DNA of 64,000 bases from Trichosphaerium sp. ATCC 40318 (Eukaryota; Protista; Tubulinea): the NCBI GenBank assembly GCA_038496445.1, contig JALMLS010000255.1, positions 186,001 to 250,000 on the forward strand, given 5' to 3'. Position 1 is the first letter of the stretch. Every line of letters starts with the position of its first letter. A program made the translations under genes and the position numbers. Positions 11,722-24,200 of the stretch are shown here, piece after piece. The notes beneath the pieces were generated by a model. The model did no database searches and was not told where the DNA came from. It saw only the letters and a list, made by a program, of their open reading frames with translations.

Positions 11722-14700
11722 ATGGGTGCTATGGAACCAGAGCACGAGTACTTTAATGAGCCATACGGCTCTGATAGCGGCTTTATGTTTGAAGGGGGTT
11801 CTGAATTTGCTGATTTGTCCAGTATGTACCTACAAAATACAACTACGGTTAGTAAACGCGCAAAAGAATATTTCTCTGAGGTTTCGTAGGACGTTACAGA
11901 AAAAGAAGCGCTCAGCAACCCCAATTTACCTAATTTATCGACCCAAGTTGCCAACAGCACCCAATCAAATACATACATGGATTATGATCCTACAACACAG
12001 CCTCTGTTCGCTCAAGTACATCAAAACGGCGCATGTTCGCACCTGTATAGTAATATTTGCATAGTCTATCCCACAAGCGGACTTTAACCCTGCGATAATG
12101 AACCACAAACCCATTAATATTAAAACCGAGCCATCTTTTTTTGAAACAGATGCCATGGTTGACAGCTTCGGCATGAATGGTACAGCGCTCTCAAACAGAG
12201 AATAATAAGACCACTTCAAAGCATCCTAACCTCCAGAGCAGATGCATGGCATGGCGACGAACAAATGATCTTTGGTGACGAAGACACATCGGCAGAATCA
12301 ACCGCTACGTCACCACCAGTCTCAGAGCTTCATCATCACATCAAAGTGGAACCAATGACGACAATACCAACTCCAGAAGCTGCCTTACCTGAGATTGCCC
12401 CACAAGGTAATTACAGGCTACATATCGATGGTGGTACGTTAAAAGAAAAAGTTACCTTTTGGTATACAGTTTTTATTAAGTTTATGTGGTAACTAGTACC
12501 TGCCAAATCTCGCGTCGAGACACAAATGAAAGTAAGAATTAAATTGGAGTCAAAACAGGGAGGATTCATTCCAAAGAATTACAGCGTCCTTGTGATACAG
12601 GATTACATGCTAGCGCCCAAGTCTCTAAGGCGTAAAGGTATCGAAATTTTTTTTGGGAAATTTAAGATGTACCAGAGATACCCTTATTGCTCATGTTTTC
12701 GTTTAACGCTAATACAATGGTTTAGTTACTGAAAAGAACCGAAAGATACAAAATCAACTTCAAGCGACAATGAACCGTGAAGGAGGTGTGATCCTCACAA
12801 GTAAAGTATGTTCACATTTAGTTCACGTGTACTTGGCCTCTTAATGTATTGGATAGGTGGTTCTTTGTGGTGATACCAATAAATCAGTTGATAGGTGCTT
12901 GGGTTGTATTGAACGTGAGAGAAGGAACTCTCAACGAAAGTTGGAGTCTAAAAACAAAAAACCTAAGCTAGAGCCATTGAATGTTGAAGATGAAAAATCT
13001 CGTATTCTGCAATGTTACTGTGAGCCATTCATGGGTACGTTGGTTTACTAACTCAAAGTACCAATTACAGTCGCCTAATAATGTATAGACTTTCGTAGTG
13101 GAGAAGCTATAATCAAAACGAGAATAACATGTTACTGGTACCTCCTTTTTTCCTTTTTTTTTTGATGAGTCATCGTCCCTGCTCAATCACGTTTTGACTT
13201 GTTTTTTGATAGCCGTCATCACAAGGAAGAACAAGGATTTAGGATTGTTATGACCCTGTTAGATGGTAGAACACACGAGGTGTTAGGAAGTGGTATTTCT
13301 ACACCTATACTGATCACAGACGACCATAAGCTTCAAGGCAAATCCTCAGCACATAAAAAGAAAAGAAAGAGAGAAACGTCATCTAGAGTTCTTCAAGTCA
13401 TTCCAGCAGAAGGTCCTGTAGCTGGTGGTATATCAGTAACCGTACTTGGACAAGATCTTCAATCAAGTACAGTCAACATTAAAAATCATCAAAACTGACT
13501 TGCGCTCCTTTTAGACTCAGTTGTTTGCTTTGGTGGTAACAAGGCTATCTCAAAGTACTGGTCAGGTACTTCATACATTGCATTATAATTTAGTAATCAA
13601 CCATGCTCACTTATACATTGTAGACAGTACAATTGTGGCGACATTACCTCCTTCAAGTGTTGAAGGTCCTGTTCGTGTGTCGCTGATGGGAGAGAAGCCT
13701 CCAAGCCCAGGAGAGCAAGTAATATTTACTTATAAAGATAATGCTAAGGAACAGTTGATGGCACTTGCATTACAGCTCATTGGTATGAAACTTACAGGAG
13801 AAATCAAAGATCCAACAAGGTACCAACCAGACCTAACATTGTATCTTATTTTTGCGTCTAGTATCGCCAGAGCGATTGTGCAACAAAGCCAAAACAAGAC
13901 CGGTAGTCCAGTCCAGCAAAATCATTCTGCGCCTCCAGGACAAACACTACGCATGTCATCAGTTGAACACCTGATTATGCGATGTCTTGTTGCAGCAATG
14001 AGATGTGAAACAGAGTTCAATGTAGAATGGAGTACAAGCACAAAAGCAGGACAAACTATTCTTCATATTTGTGCTCTGCTTGGGTTCCGCCATTTGCTTA
14101 AAGTTGTACTTGGCTATTGCTCGTCACCTCTCATGTTCTTGGACATTCAAGACACCAATGGTACGTATCACCAAGCTCGCGATGCGTCAGCCTTGTTAAT
14201 AAGAATGTAGGGTTCACGGCACTTCATTTCGCAGCGTTGAAAAATAGAAGGGAGATACAGAGGATTCTATTGGAACATGGTGCATCGCCTAATATGCCAA
14301 CGGAACTTGGTGTATTTCCTTATAACATTGCTATGCGAAGTGCTAGATTGGAAGCTCAAAGACGCAACATTAAAAAGATGAAGATGCTACAACAACAGCA
14401 ACAGCAACAAGAACAAAGAAAGGAAAAACCAAAACAACCGGAAAAGCCTACTGTTGTCCCAACCGAACAAGAAAAGGAAAAACAACCTGAAAGCAATGAA
14501 AATACCGAGCAGAATACTGAGGAACTTGAAGACGACAAACCAGATGAGAAAACTGAGGATGTGATTGTCAATATCCCAATGTCTTCTGTGGATGAAGAAA
14601 ACTATGAAGATCCTATTCTTTCTTCTACACCTCCTCGATCACCTAAGACTAAAACAAACAGAGTTAGAGAACTATTTACAGAGTTTTCTAGTGGCATTGA

Positions 14701-15338
14701 GTCAATGTCTACAACGATACAAGGCATGAGTTCGCAGAACTCTTTGGAGGATGAAAAAGCTAACGCTCAGAACAATGAAAAACTCGTCTTCAGATCATCT
14801 ACCATGCAAATGCTATTCACCTGGATAGTCAGTATCTGTACCTGGGTATGGACTAAGCACCGCTGGACAGTTATTTCAGGTAAGGAGGCTTTTTTTTAAC
14901 AACACTTCATTCCAACTCTTTTTTGAACACGTGTTGTTGTCGTTGTGACATTCTTCTTACTGGTGCTTAGGTTGTGCTTTGGCTATGGGTGTTTTACTCT
15001 TAACAGAGCTTGCTCCTGTGTTACCATCATTTACAAATGTTCAACAGCTACGAGTTGGTACTTGGGCGCCTGCTGTATTAAGCGCTTCAAAACCCAATCC
15101 AGAGAGTATACAAGTTGATGAAACAAGTAACAAACTCGATGCTAAGCATATATTAACGTACTTAATCTTCTCAGTGCTCGTTTTTCTGAATATATGGCAC
15201 TACAGAAAACGGTAAGACAAACAACTTTTAGTTCTCTTTATTGACTTTTTTTTTAGGCTCACAAGTATTGGTAGCGTTGCTCTCCTTTTGACGTTTGGTT
15301 TATCGTTTGGTAGCTTGATTTTAGTTCAATCTGGATGA
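11722..15338 (+). CDS. Spt23/Mga2-like membrane-tethered transcription factor (DNA-binding domain, IPT/TIG, two ankyrin repeats, C-terminal TM helices)
   Basis: VPAKSRVETQMKV, CLGCIERERR, RITCY-CRHHKEEQGF and TPILITDDHK; IPT motif VIPAEGPVAGGISVTVLG...IVATLPPSSVEGPVRV; FTYKD..EQLMALALQLIGMKLTG; ANK motifs GQTILHICA and GFTALHFAA; hydrophobic C-terminal segments. TGA at 15336-15338. Confidence 0.85.
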
Positions 15339-15480
15339 GACATTAACTGATCCCTATTTTTTTCTGATTGTAACAACACATGTAAATAGTAATTGCGTAA
15401 AAGCGATTTGTAAAATTAAAACATTGCCCAACCAAAAAAAGCTAAAATTTCTATCATCTCGTCATCCTTAATTACCCAGT

Positions 15481-17523
15481 ATGTCTCTCATTGAAAGCAT
15501 GTCACGCATTGCTATAGTTATAATGCTATCAGCGGTTATCTATGCAGCAGGTGCATACCTTGTAATATTACGTATTTACTGGTGTTAGAACAACAAACTG
15601 CTTTTATTTCTGGCAAGGGTACAGACACCGAAACTTGTGGCACTATGGAATCGTAAGATCGCTCTCTCTAAGGTTTTTATACTCAATCTATCTAAAAATC
15701 TTTTAGACCTTGTTTAACAATACAATATACAACATCAAGGTTCAAAAACGTGACCAGTTACGCCAATCACGTGCGATAAATTTTATTTTGTTTTATTTTG
15801 AATAGATGCTCTACAAATACAATTTGCGGATAACACAGTGCTCACACAAGGTATACCAACACTGCCGTGTAAGTATTGTTACGCTTATTCGGATATTAGG
15901 ACTACCAGTATCACTCAATGCATCGTCTTTAGGTGTGTTTGAGCCTTGATATGGACTTTATAACATTGGTAGGCATGATAAATCACCTTGAAGTTGTTGG
16001 TCCTGGACAAATATTCGGAGAATACCAATCTGGTTGTTTTGACGTACTAAGCACTAAATTGGTGATATAACTGAATTGCTTAGATCGAAGATATAAATGG
16101 TGACACTCAAGTTGTATTTAAAGGCGCGTGATGACTATAGTGGGTAATAGTGGGAGTGGCTAATTGATCATCAAGATTTGACTTTTAACGCGTGCTACCG
16201 AGATAGTCAGTTTGTGAGTGCAGGCGTGTTCGCTTCTGTAAGCCCTTATCTCAGTTTGACATTCGAGGGCTGCACCTTTACAGAGTGCGATTAATAAAAA
16301 TCTTTGTAAATGACACCTTATAGGGGACGTGGGGCGCTGGGAGGAGCAATGAGACTGGGTACAAACTACATGTGTTTTTGAAAATATCAACTTTATTGTC
16401 TGTAGAAAATACACGGAATTTGACGATAATTGATTCGTCTTTTTCTCAATTTGATGCGTTATATGGAGGGTGTTTATATCTTATTAATGTGGAAAACGTA
16501 TCAGTAAAGAACGTGGAATTTCAACTGAACACAGCCTCAGGTAAAGGCGTTGTGTTGTACCTAGATACGGTACCAGTTGTTCAAATGGACAACATCACAA
16601 TGCACAATAATACACCTTCCCTTGAGCACGTTGAAGGGGTACGAACAACTACTTACAAAATGGATATGTTTTCTTACTGTACATAGGCCATTTACGCCAA
16701 GAACAGTACACTGATGCTTACAAATATCAAATCGAGCTTCAACGGAAGGCAAAGGTAAATTCCAGGTTGTATTATGTAGTGACTAATATTGTTAGTGCTA
16801 TTGGCGGATTTGTTTACTTGTTAAACTCAGATTTGCACTTGGAAGATGCATCACGTGCGTTTTAAATCTGACTTGGTAACTTTGTTTTTAACATGTTTGT
16901 ATTAGTCATTAAAGACAAAGGTCATTCGCGTGTAGCATGTGTAGATTCAAGCATGGAATTCATAAACGTGAATATAGAAGGACCAGATGATAATGCTGGA
17001 ACAAGTTTCAATTGCACCAATTGCCAACCAGATGCGCTATGCAATATCACGTGCCCGTGTTCATCATGCCAGGATTGTGGATCAGGTACTCAAATACGCA
17101 AATCTTCTTTATGTAACTTTACCTAGGCGTATGTGCTCGACAACAAACTTCAGATGGAGACTGGTGCAAATGTCATTTGACAGAAGAACCTGCAGATTGC
17201 GGTACGACAATTCCACAAAGTGTTTTTTTTTCTAATTGGATGTGGTTTAGGTGTCTATGGAAACTGTACCATGTCCCAAGGTAATCCTATATGCGACTGC
17301 CTAGATGGATACGCTGGCGTACCTTGCTTACGGAGGAGGCTAACAGCAGGTATAAGCAACAAGGAAAAAATATTGTGTTAGATTAATTGTGCTTCAAGGT
17401 TTCATAGCGCTGATAGCAATAGCTGTCACTGCGGCTGTACTCGCTATGCTGGGCATGGCACTGATTTTTATTTTCAGAGTCAGGAGAGAACGAAAATATG
17501 GCGCCATTCGAATTATACAGTAA
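15481..17523 (+). CDS. Type I membrane/surface protein: signal peptide, beta-helix-like (pectin-lyase/Pmp-like) region, EGF-like Cys repeats, TM helix, short basic tail
   Basis: MSLIESMSRIAIVIMLSAVIYAA; G.GTDTETCGTMES-PCLTIQ; ALYGGCLYL and GGFVYL repeats; CDCLDGYAGVPC; TM FIALIAIAVTAAVLAMLGMALIFIF followed by RVRRERK. TAA at 17521-17523. Confidence 0.72.
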
Positions 17524-17731
17524 GAACAAATGGTATACTGCAGACAAACAAACCCATGGAAAAATAGCGACGGATTTTAGGATGCGTTGAATACATTTAT
17601 TCATTTGTTGGACCACAGTATTGGGTCTCATAAAAATTGTTTGTTGTTTGTTTTTGTTTTTTAAGGTAATAATGATAATATGTTGTTGTTTGTGTTAGTA
17701 CAATTCACGTGGGAGATCCAAAAAGGGGTGG

Positions 17732-20700
17732 TTAATAGATCAAGTCTACTAAATCTATACAATCGTCTGTTATCTTTGTGCCTACCATAGATCCCATAGT
17801 GCCAAAGTGCTTCCCTTGTGATAAAAGTTTCAAAGTGCTTTCTGCTGCTTTGGATGTATCAACCTGAGACGAAGAGATTCCCCTATCAAGCATAATCTTG
17901 TAAAGGTCATCAGCTTGTGATGGCTTGTTCTCTGCCTTCAGACAGTTCATTACCATCACATAGCTTGCTGATGCTACTTTGTGTTGTAGCGCTTGATTAT
18001 CTTTAAGAAGTTGAGCACTCAGTTCAAGCTTACCCAACTTTGCTGAGGCATAAATCGTTGCTTCATAAGCAGCAGTAGTTATTGATTCTTTGTGTTTTTT
18101 CATAGCATTGAAACACGCACAAACCAGTGCATAACGTTCACGTTCAGCAGCATGGCAAGCCAAAGCATTACAGCTAGCAAAGGTCGGACTCATTTTTGCT
18201 TGTATCATCTTTTGGTGGACATCAAAAGCGACATCGAGTCCTATTCTCGAAGAAATCTCCAAAGCTGTATCAAGTAGATGCTTAGGAGCCCGAGGACAGT
18301 GTTCTATAATATGTGTGATTATCTTATCCATATTTGAATGTAAACCAAGGTTGTTTAAGCCACGTAAAAGGATGATATAGAGTTTTGGTGTCACGTCAAA
18401 TTTGTACTCTTGGACAAAGTCGAAGACTTGGATCATTTGGTCTGTTCTGTCCGCGTTAACGCTTTCTATCATTACATTCATAATCTCTCCAGGTGGTACC
18501 TCAGTATCCTTAGATGCTGCATATTTCAAAACACCGAGAGCTCTCTCAATAGATTTGGTTTGAAAACATGCGTCAATAGCTAACTTTACAGATTGCATTG
18601 TTGGCGCTATACCGTTTGCCTCAAGATCTTCAAACACTGTAATTACAATCTCTGGATCTTTTTCGATACGTTCCATGACCACTCTAGAAAAAAAAGAGAA
18701 AGTGTTAGTATTCAATGGAGACAGAATTGCAAAAAGTTTTGAATTTGAAAAAAAAAAAAAAAAAGTCAAGATTTTTGGGTTTGCTGACGTACTTGTACAG
18801 TTCATCGTTTGTTGGTAAATTGTTTTCTCTGGCGTATTTGTACACTTCCCAGCATCCATGAGTGTCTTTTTCAAATTTCCTTGCGACAATGCTAATGTAT
18901 TTGGGAATGACATCAACACGAGGATCTTCAACCCATTTTTTTAATAACTCAAAACTACGTTCAGGCGACAAGTTCAGCAAAACAGCGTTATGAGTATCGA
19001 AGTCTGGCTTAATACCACGATCATGTAAGCTCTCAAAGACATCCAACATGGCAGCATGGTTGTCTTTTCGTCGCAAGTAATGAATAAGAGTGTTGTACGT
19101 ATAAATATCAGCCTCAACGCCACGTGAACTCATATCCGCCAATAGCACTTGCATACGCTCTGCGGCTGTTTCTTTCATCAAGCTCTTGTATAAAGGCGAA
19201 TATACATCATCTGGATCATCTGTAACAAGCTCTGATATCTCAGATCGTATTTGACGTGGTACGTGAGTACGAGTGGCTTGTGTGAAACCAAGCATGAGGA
19301 CAGTGTAAACAGCATTGTTCGGTACTAGACCTTGAGACTGCATGCTAGTCAGTACGCTTACAATGTCTGCTGTTCTGTTTGCCTCAGCCAGCACTTTGAG
19401 TACGACATTATATGTATGAAGCGACGGCATTATACCTCTTTCTGGTAGTTGTTCAAGCAGTGAGAGCATGTCATCAATGTGACCTTCAAAATCGTGCGTA
19501 TCTTTTCGTCTACTTTGTGCGTTCAACCACGTCGTAATAGTTTCTAGATTGTGGCTCTTGCCTGTTTCCTCCATCTCGTCCAAGACGTCGATTGCAAGGC
19601 TACTATTACCATCATTCAAGAGAGTGTTTGCCATCACATTATAGACAGATATATCAGCAAGCCCTTCGGCTTTAGCAGCATCAAATAAACGCAGCGCATG
19701 ATCCATTCTGTCTTGCTGCGGTGAACCAAAGTGACTAATAAGTTGGAGATACAATGAAGAACTCTTTTCTTTAGAGCCATTTATAGATTTGTATAGTTCC
19801 AAACTATCTTCCATCTGTCGCAAAGAATAAATAAACAAATAATCCAAAAAAATCACAACAATACTACGAGCTTGTAGTACGTCTTGTTGTATAAGTTTGC
19901 ACGTGTTAGCGTACCTTATTCATGTCACCTAAGAGCTGTGCTAATTGTACATAGTGTTTTTTACCCATAGGCACGCCACGGTCTCTCAAATGCGTAAACA
20001 AATCTAAAGCTGTCTTGCGATCATTTTTCTCATGCACAAGCTGAGCCCATAAATACGCTTTAGGCTTAAAGGGAACACCTACAATAAAAAGCCAACATTA
20101 ACATCATAATAACACAATCATAAACAACATTGAGAAACACCTTAACTCTTGTTCCTCTCCAAAACAAATTTTTCGAAAAAATGTCGTGTCAAAAAAAAAG
20201 TACGTACTGCTCTTGAATTGGGTGACATCCTCGTAGAGTGTACGTAAAATACTATGGGATCTACAACGCTTAAACATAATATCAAATAGCTGATACGTTG
20301 GCTCTACAGGATGATCTGATTGCTTCATTTCATTGTACACTTCAAATGCTAGCTTCTCGGTTGGCGCCTTGGAGATCATACGACGGTATATATCCTCTGA
20401 TGGAACCATTTTTTGCTCTGATGTCAGCGTTTGAAGCTCTTTGAACAGAAAATCAAAGTCGCGTAATTCTTCCATGCACTCAGCGAAGTTTTGTTTATTA
20501 CATGCCCCTTGTGTGACCTTTTTCAAAAGGTACGCTTCTTTCACCTCTAAGGTTTTTTAGATGGCTTAAGAAAGCGCCATACGCACGGCTTTGATGTGTT
20601 TGATCGTGTGTTGTAGCCACTGATTGCTTTTTCGGACGTATTGGCTCCACTGTTTCTTGTGTCTCTGAAAACGGCACCGCTGTCGACCTATAGCTATATA

Positions 20701-20815
20701 AGCACTAATTATACGGGTAATAACATTCGTACTGTTCTCTAATCGTTCTCGTACGAGAAATGCTCCGACGGGCAACAATAGTCGCTTTGGTACTCAATAG
20801 TGCGTACTTGAACAT
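17732..20815 (-). CDS. Pentatricopeptide-repeat (PPR) protein, predicted mitochondrial
   Basis: ATG 20815 gives MFKYALLSTKATIVARRSISRTRTIREQ (basic/hydroxylated, acid-free presequence). Many 35-aa repeats follow, e.g. PSLHTYNVVLKVLAEANRTADIVSVLTSMQSQGLVPN and ADIYTYNTLIHYLRRKDNHAAMLDVFESLHDRGIKPD. Confidence 0.88.
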
Positions 20816-21133
20816 CCTCGTGTAATTACGACTATTTTACACCAGGCTTACGCGAAACTGCAACTTTACGCGTTGCGTATACTAAGAACAAGCCATGCAA
20901 CCAAATTAAACAACAATAATAAATACAAAAAACAGTCGTAAAAATGTTGACTTAGCGTCAATACAAACATCACTCTATTATACATTCCTACAAGCCTTTT
21001 GAAAGTTGAAATACTCGTAAAGCGCAATTTTGGAACGTGATAGTCCAACAGAAGATGCCGAAACTACAAAACCTGAGACCATTTGGGTCAACCCAAATCC
21101 GCACTATTGAGTACCAAAGCGACTATTGTTGCC
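20771..21133. repeat. Perfect 34-bp inverted repeat (arms 20771-20804 and 21100-21133, 295-bp spacer)
   Basis: GGCAACAATAGTCGCTTTGGTACTCAATAGTGCG at 20771 and its exact reverse complement CGCACTATTGAGTACCAAAGCGACTATTGTTGCC at 21100. Confidence 0.97.
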
Positions 21134-21214
21134 GTGACTATCCTCATTTCAACAAAAGAGTAGCTGCTTATACAAGTTTATTTTGATAGGTCATCCCGAG
21201 AAGTGGCACGTGAT

Positions 21215-24200
21215 TTAATCGTCGGCATACCCCAAGTCCTCATTGTTATCTTCACATGGCTTATCAACCACGTCGTCATACCCCAAATCCTCGTTATTAT
21301 TTTCACGTGGCAAGTCAGATGACGAATTCAGCTCTAAGAAAGCATAAGCATTTTCGTTTTGCAGAATAGCGTTCATATTTACCTTGTCCCAGTCTCGTGA
21401 GTTCATCGTGTACATCTTGTATGGTGGGCCTCTCTTCAGGAGAGTTGCTTGTACACTTGATGACCAAAGACTTCCAAACAGTATTATCACTTTTGCCAAG
21501 GTGTTCTTCCACCCACTTGCTATTATTTTTCAAGTACATGGCTTGCTTATAGGCATTGATGTTTTTTCTCACCAATGAATCCTTTGTCTCAAGCTGAAGG
21601 CTACGATTCAGGTGAGAAACTCGATCAATATTGAAATAATTCCTATTCCGAAAAAAGCGTACATGATTAAACCGAGGGAGTACACATCAGCTGGTTTATC
21701 ATACACACTCTCAGTCAGTACTTCTAATGCCATATATTGTACTGCGCCGGGGATACCACTACACACTTCTGAACCCTCACCTGTGCCCATGTAAGCAACA
21801 GTAGACAGAAACAAGTTTAACTTACCCAAAAGCTTACTAACACCAAAATCTCCAAGTTTGGTTGCACCCTCCTGTGTCAAAAAAATATTGCCTATAAGGT
21901 TTGATAAGGTAATATGAGTGGCGAATGACAAATGGGTACCTGGATGTAAGTCTCTATGAACAAGATTTTTACCATGCAAATACGACAAAGCACTTGATAT
22001 TTCTATCCCAATCCGGAATTGATCGCTCCTAGGCAAAAGTACAGGATTTCTCTTGCTCTTTTTCAGCAGTCCTTCTAGAGTGCCGCCACCACAGTACTAT
22101 TTGTGTGTCAATAAATATGCACGTGTGCGAGAAAGTAAGTATTCAAAAACTCACTTCAAAGACAAGGCAAGGTATGTTGTTGATTGACGTCTTGCACACT
22201 CCCATCAGCAAGGCGATGTTACTGTGCCTTAAATCTCTAACTGCTTCAAGTTCAGCTATTTGTCATGGTGTTAGGCGATAATGACTTTAAAAGAAAAGGG
22301 TGTCAGTCTTACCCATTATTGCTTTGTCAATATTTTGTCCTTGCTTGGCGTTGTTTATACACTTGCATGCAACACTGCTACCATAGTACTGGCATTTGTA
22401 TACAGCACCATAATGTCCCTGTATGATGTAAGTAAACAGTTTTTGAGGAAGAGCAGTGTCCAGTAGTACATGACCTATCGGGACCCATGGTCCTTCCAAT
22501 GCATCTTTCTCAATGAGCATGTTTCCAATACTATAGTGAAGGCGCTCTTTTGAAGTCGGCTGGTTAGAACGTCGAACTTTAACTGTTTCGCCTTGTTCTA
22601 ACTTGGACAAATCTACAACACAAACGTTGATTATACACTTTCTTTTGGTGTGCTAGCAAGTACCTTGTTTGGTTAGAGGAGAGGATACCCGGCTATTATC
22701 CGAGTAACACAATCTGACAGCGCCAGGTATGGCGTATTTAACACGGATTCTTTCACATAGGGTGCCATGTGTTATTTCATCTTCTGCAACCGTAACTGAC
22801 TCTTTTCTTTCGTGATACTCGCAATTAATGGTGATGTAAGACGCTGTAATAAGCGTCTGTCAGTGGTTTTGTTTTGTTTGTTTTGCGTACTGATGCCATA
22901 GTAAGAGAAAGAACTTTCCGTTTTTTTGAGGGCATCAAGAACATCAACAGTTGACGGTCTTTGAGATGCTGATTTCCAACAGCTAGATATGAGTGCAGCT
23001 ATGTCTTCTGGCGTACTATCTGGAATCGAAGGACGCTCCTGGTCCAGTATGATGCGGTTCTACCATGCATCAGCTACAAAATGGAGAAATACTAGTTAAG
23101 CACGTTGCTTAGCTGAGCTTACAACTAGTAATTGTTGATCTTGATCGCTCTTGTCTAGTCCAAATTTGTACGGTTTTGTGCCATTACTACCACGTGTAAG
23201 CATATTTATATTTTATGAATAAATCACGTGCCACAAAGCCCATAAACACATACCAAAGCCATAAACGTTGACTCTAATTAGTGTTATTAATGGCTTAGTT
23301 TGAAGGGTGAAAAGAAAAAGAAACCTATTATTGCACTGTGTCACATCTCTTTCAAGTATCTCTGGAGCGCAATACATGAACTCATTTTCTATTTTCTCAT
23401 CCATGTCTTTCGTGAAAGGAGCCCCAGACAACACAATTGTATCCTCAAGTCCACCAATTTTAACCAAAGCAGTAGTTTCTTTTGTTGATGTGATCTGTAA
23501 GATATTATTTAATCACTACAACACAAGATTTCTGTACGCACGTGGATGTTATCTGCTTTGAAAAAAGGGAATACAACTCTCGGAGAGTGTTGTGCAAGAT
23601 CATCTAGAGCTTCTATGATTTGTAATGCAATCCTAAAGCGCAGTGCACCTGTAAAATCGGTACTCGCTTGCTAAGTAAACCCATGAGAACAAGACAAAAA
23701 GAGGCAAGTACTTTTAGCTGTGTGCCCAAGTTATATTCAGCTCGATCAAAAACGAGTCCTTTGTGACTTAATTTAGGCATATAGACAACGCCCTTGTACT
23801 CTGAGTAATAATCAGCGGTGAAATAATGACTTATGATATAATTCCACATTGCATATTGTATCCACGAGGCTCTCATTTTCGCTAGAACAAGACCAGTAGT
23901 CTGAGCAACGTTCAAAAGAGTGCCATCCAGAAACCTACATAAAATAAGTCATAAACAACACATATTCCTTAAAAAGTATGTCACGTGACTGTACATCAGG
24001 CGCAATGCGCTGCAGTGAATAAGCTTTAGTTTTGATCGTGCATGTACCTAAAAATCCAGTTAAAACAATATAAACAGGTAAACTGTGATTCCTCACCATC
24101 TTTCCTTGTACGCCATACATCGTGTAAGTCCCATTGAATCTTATCTGACGTGTTTCTGTCAAAAATGACAACATAACGCTTTATAGGATTTGTGCGAAGA

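Noticed and set aside
20771-21133. Simple MITE with the 34-bp arms as terminal inverted repeats
   Set aside because: One arm is in-frame coding sequence of the PPR presequence, the span includes the ATG and promoter, and no target-site duplication flanks the arms.
21005-21153. CRISPR-like repeat-spacer unit (GTTGAAAT ends, 34-nt spacer-sized insert)
   Set aside because: The flanks are inverted rather than direct repeats, there is one unit only, no cas-like gene is present, and the context is eukaryotic.
21055-21186. Small plus-strand ORF MPKLQNLRPFGS... faintly like a copia integrase tail
   Set aside because: Only 43 codons, no other retroelement motif or LTR, and it reads through the captured 34-mer.
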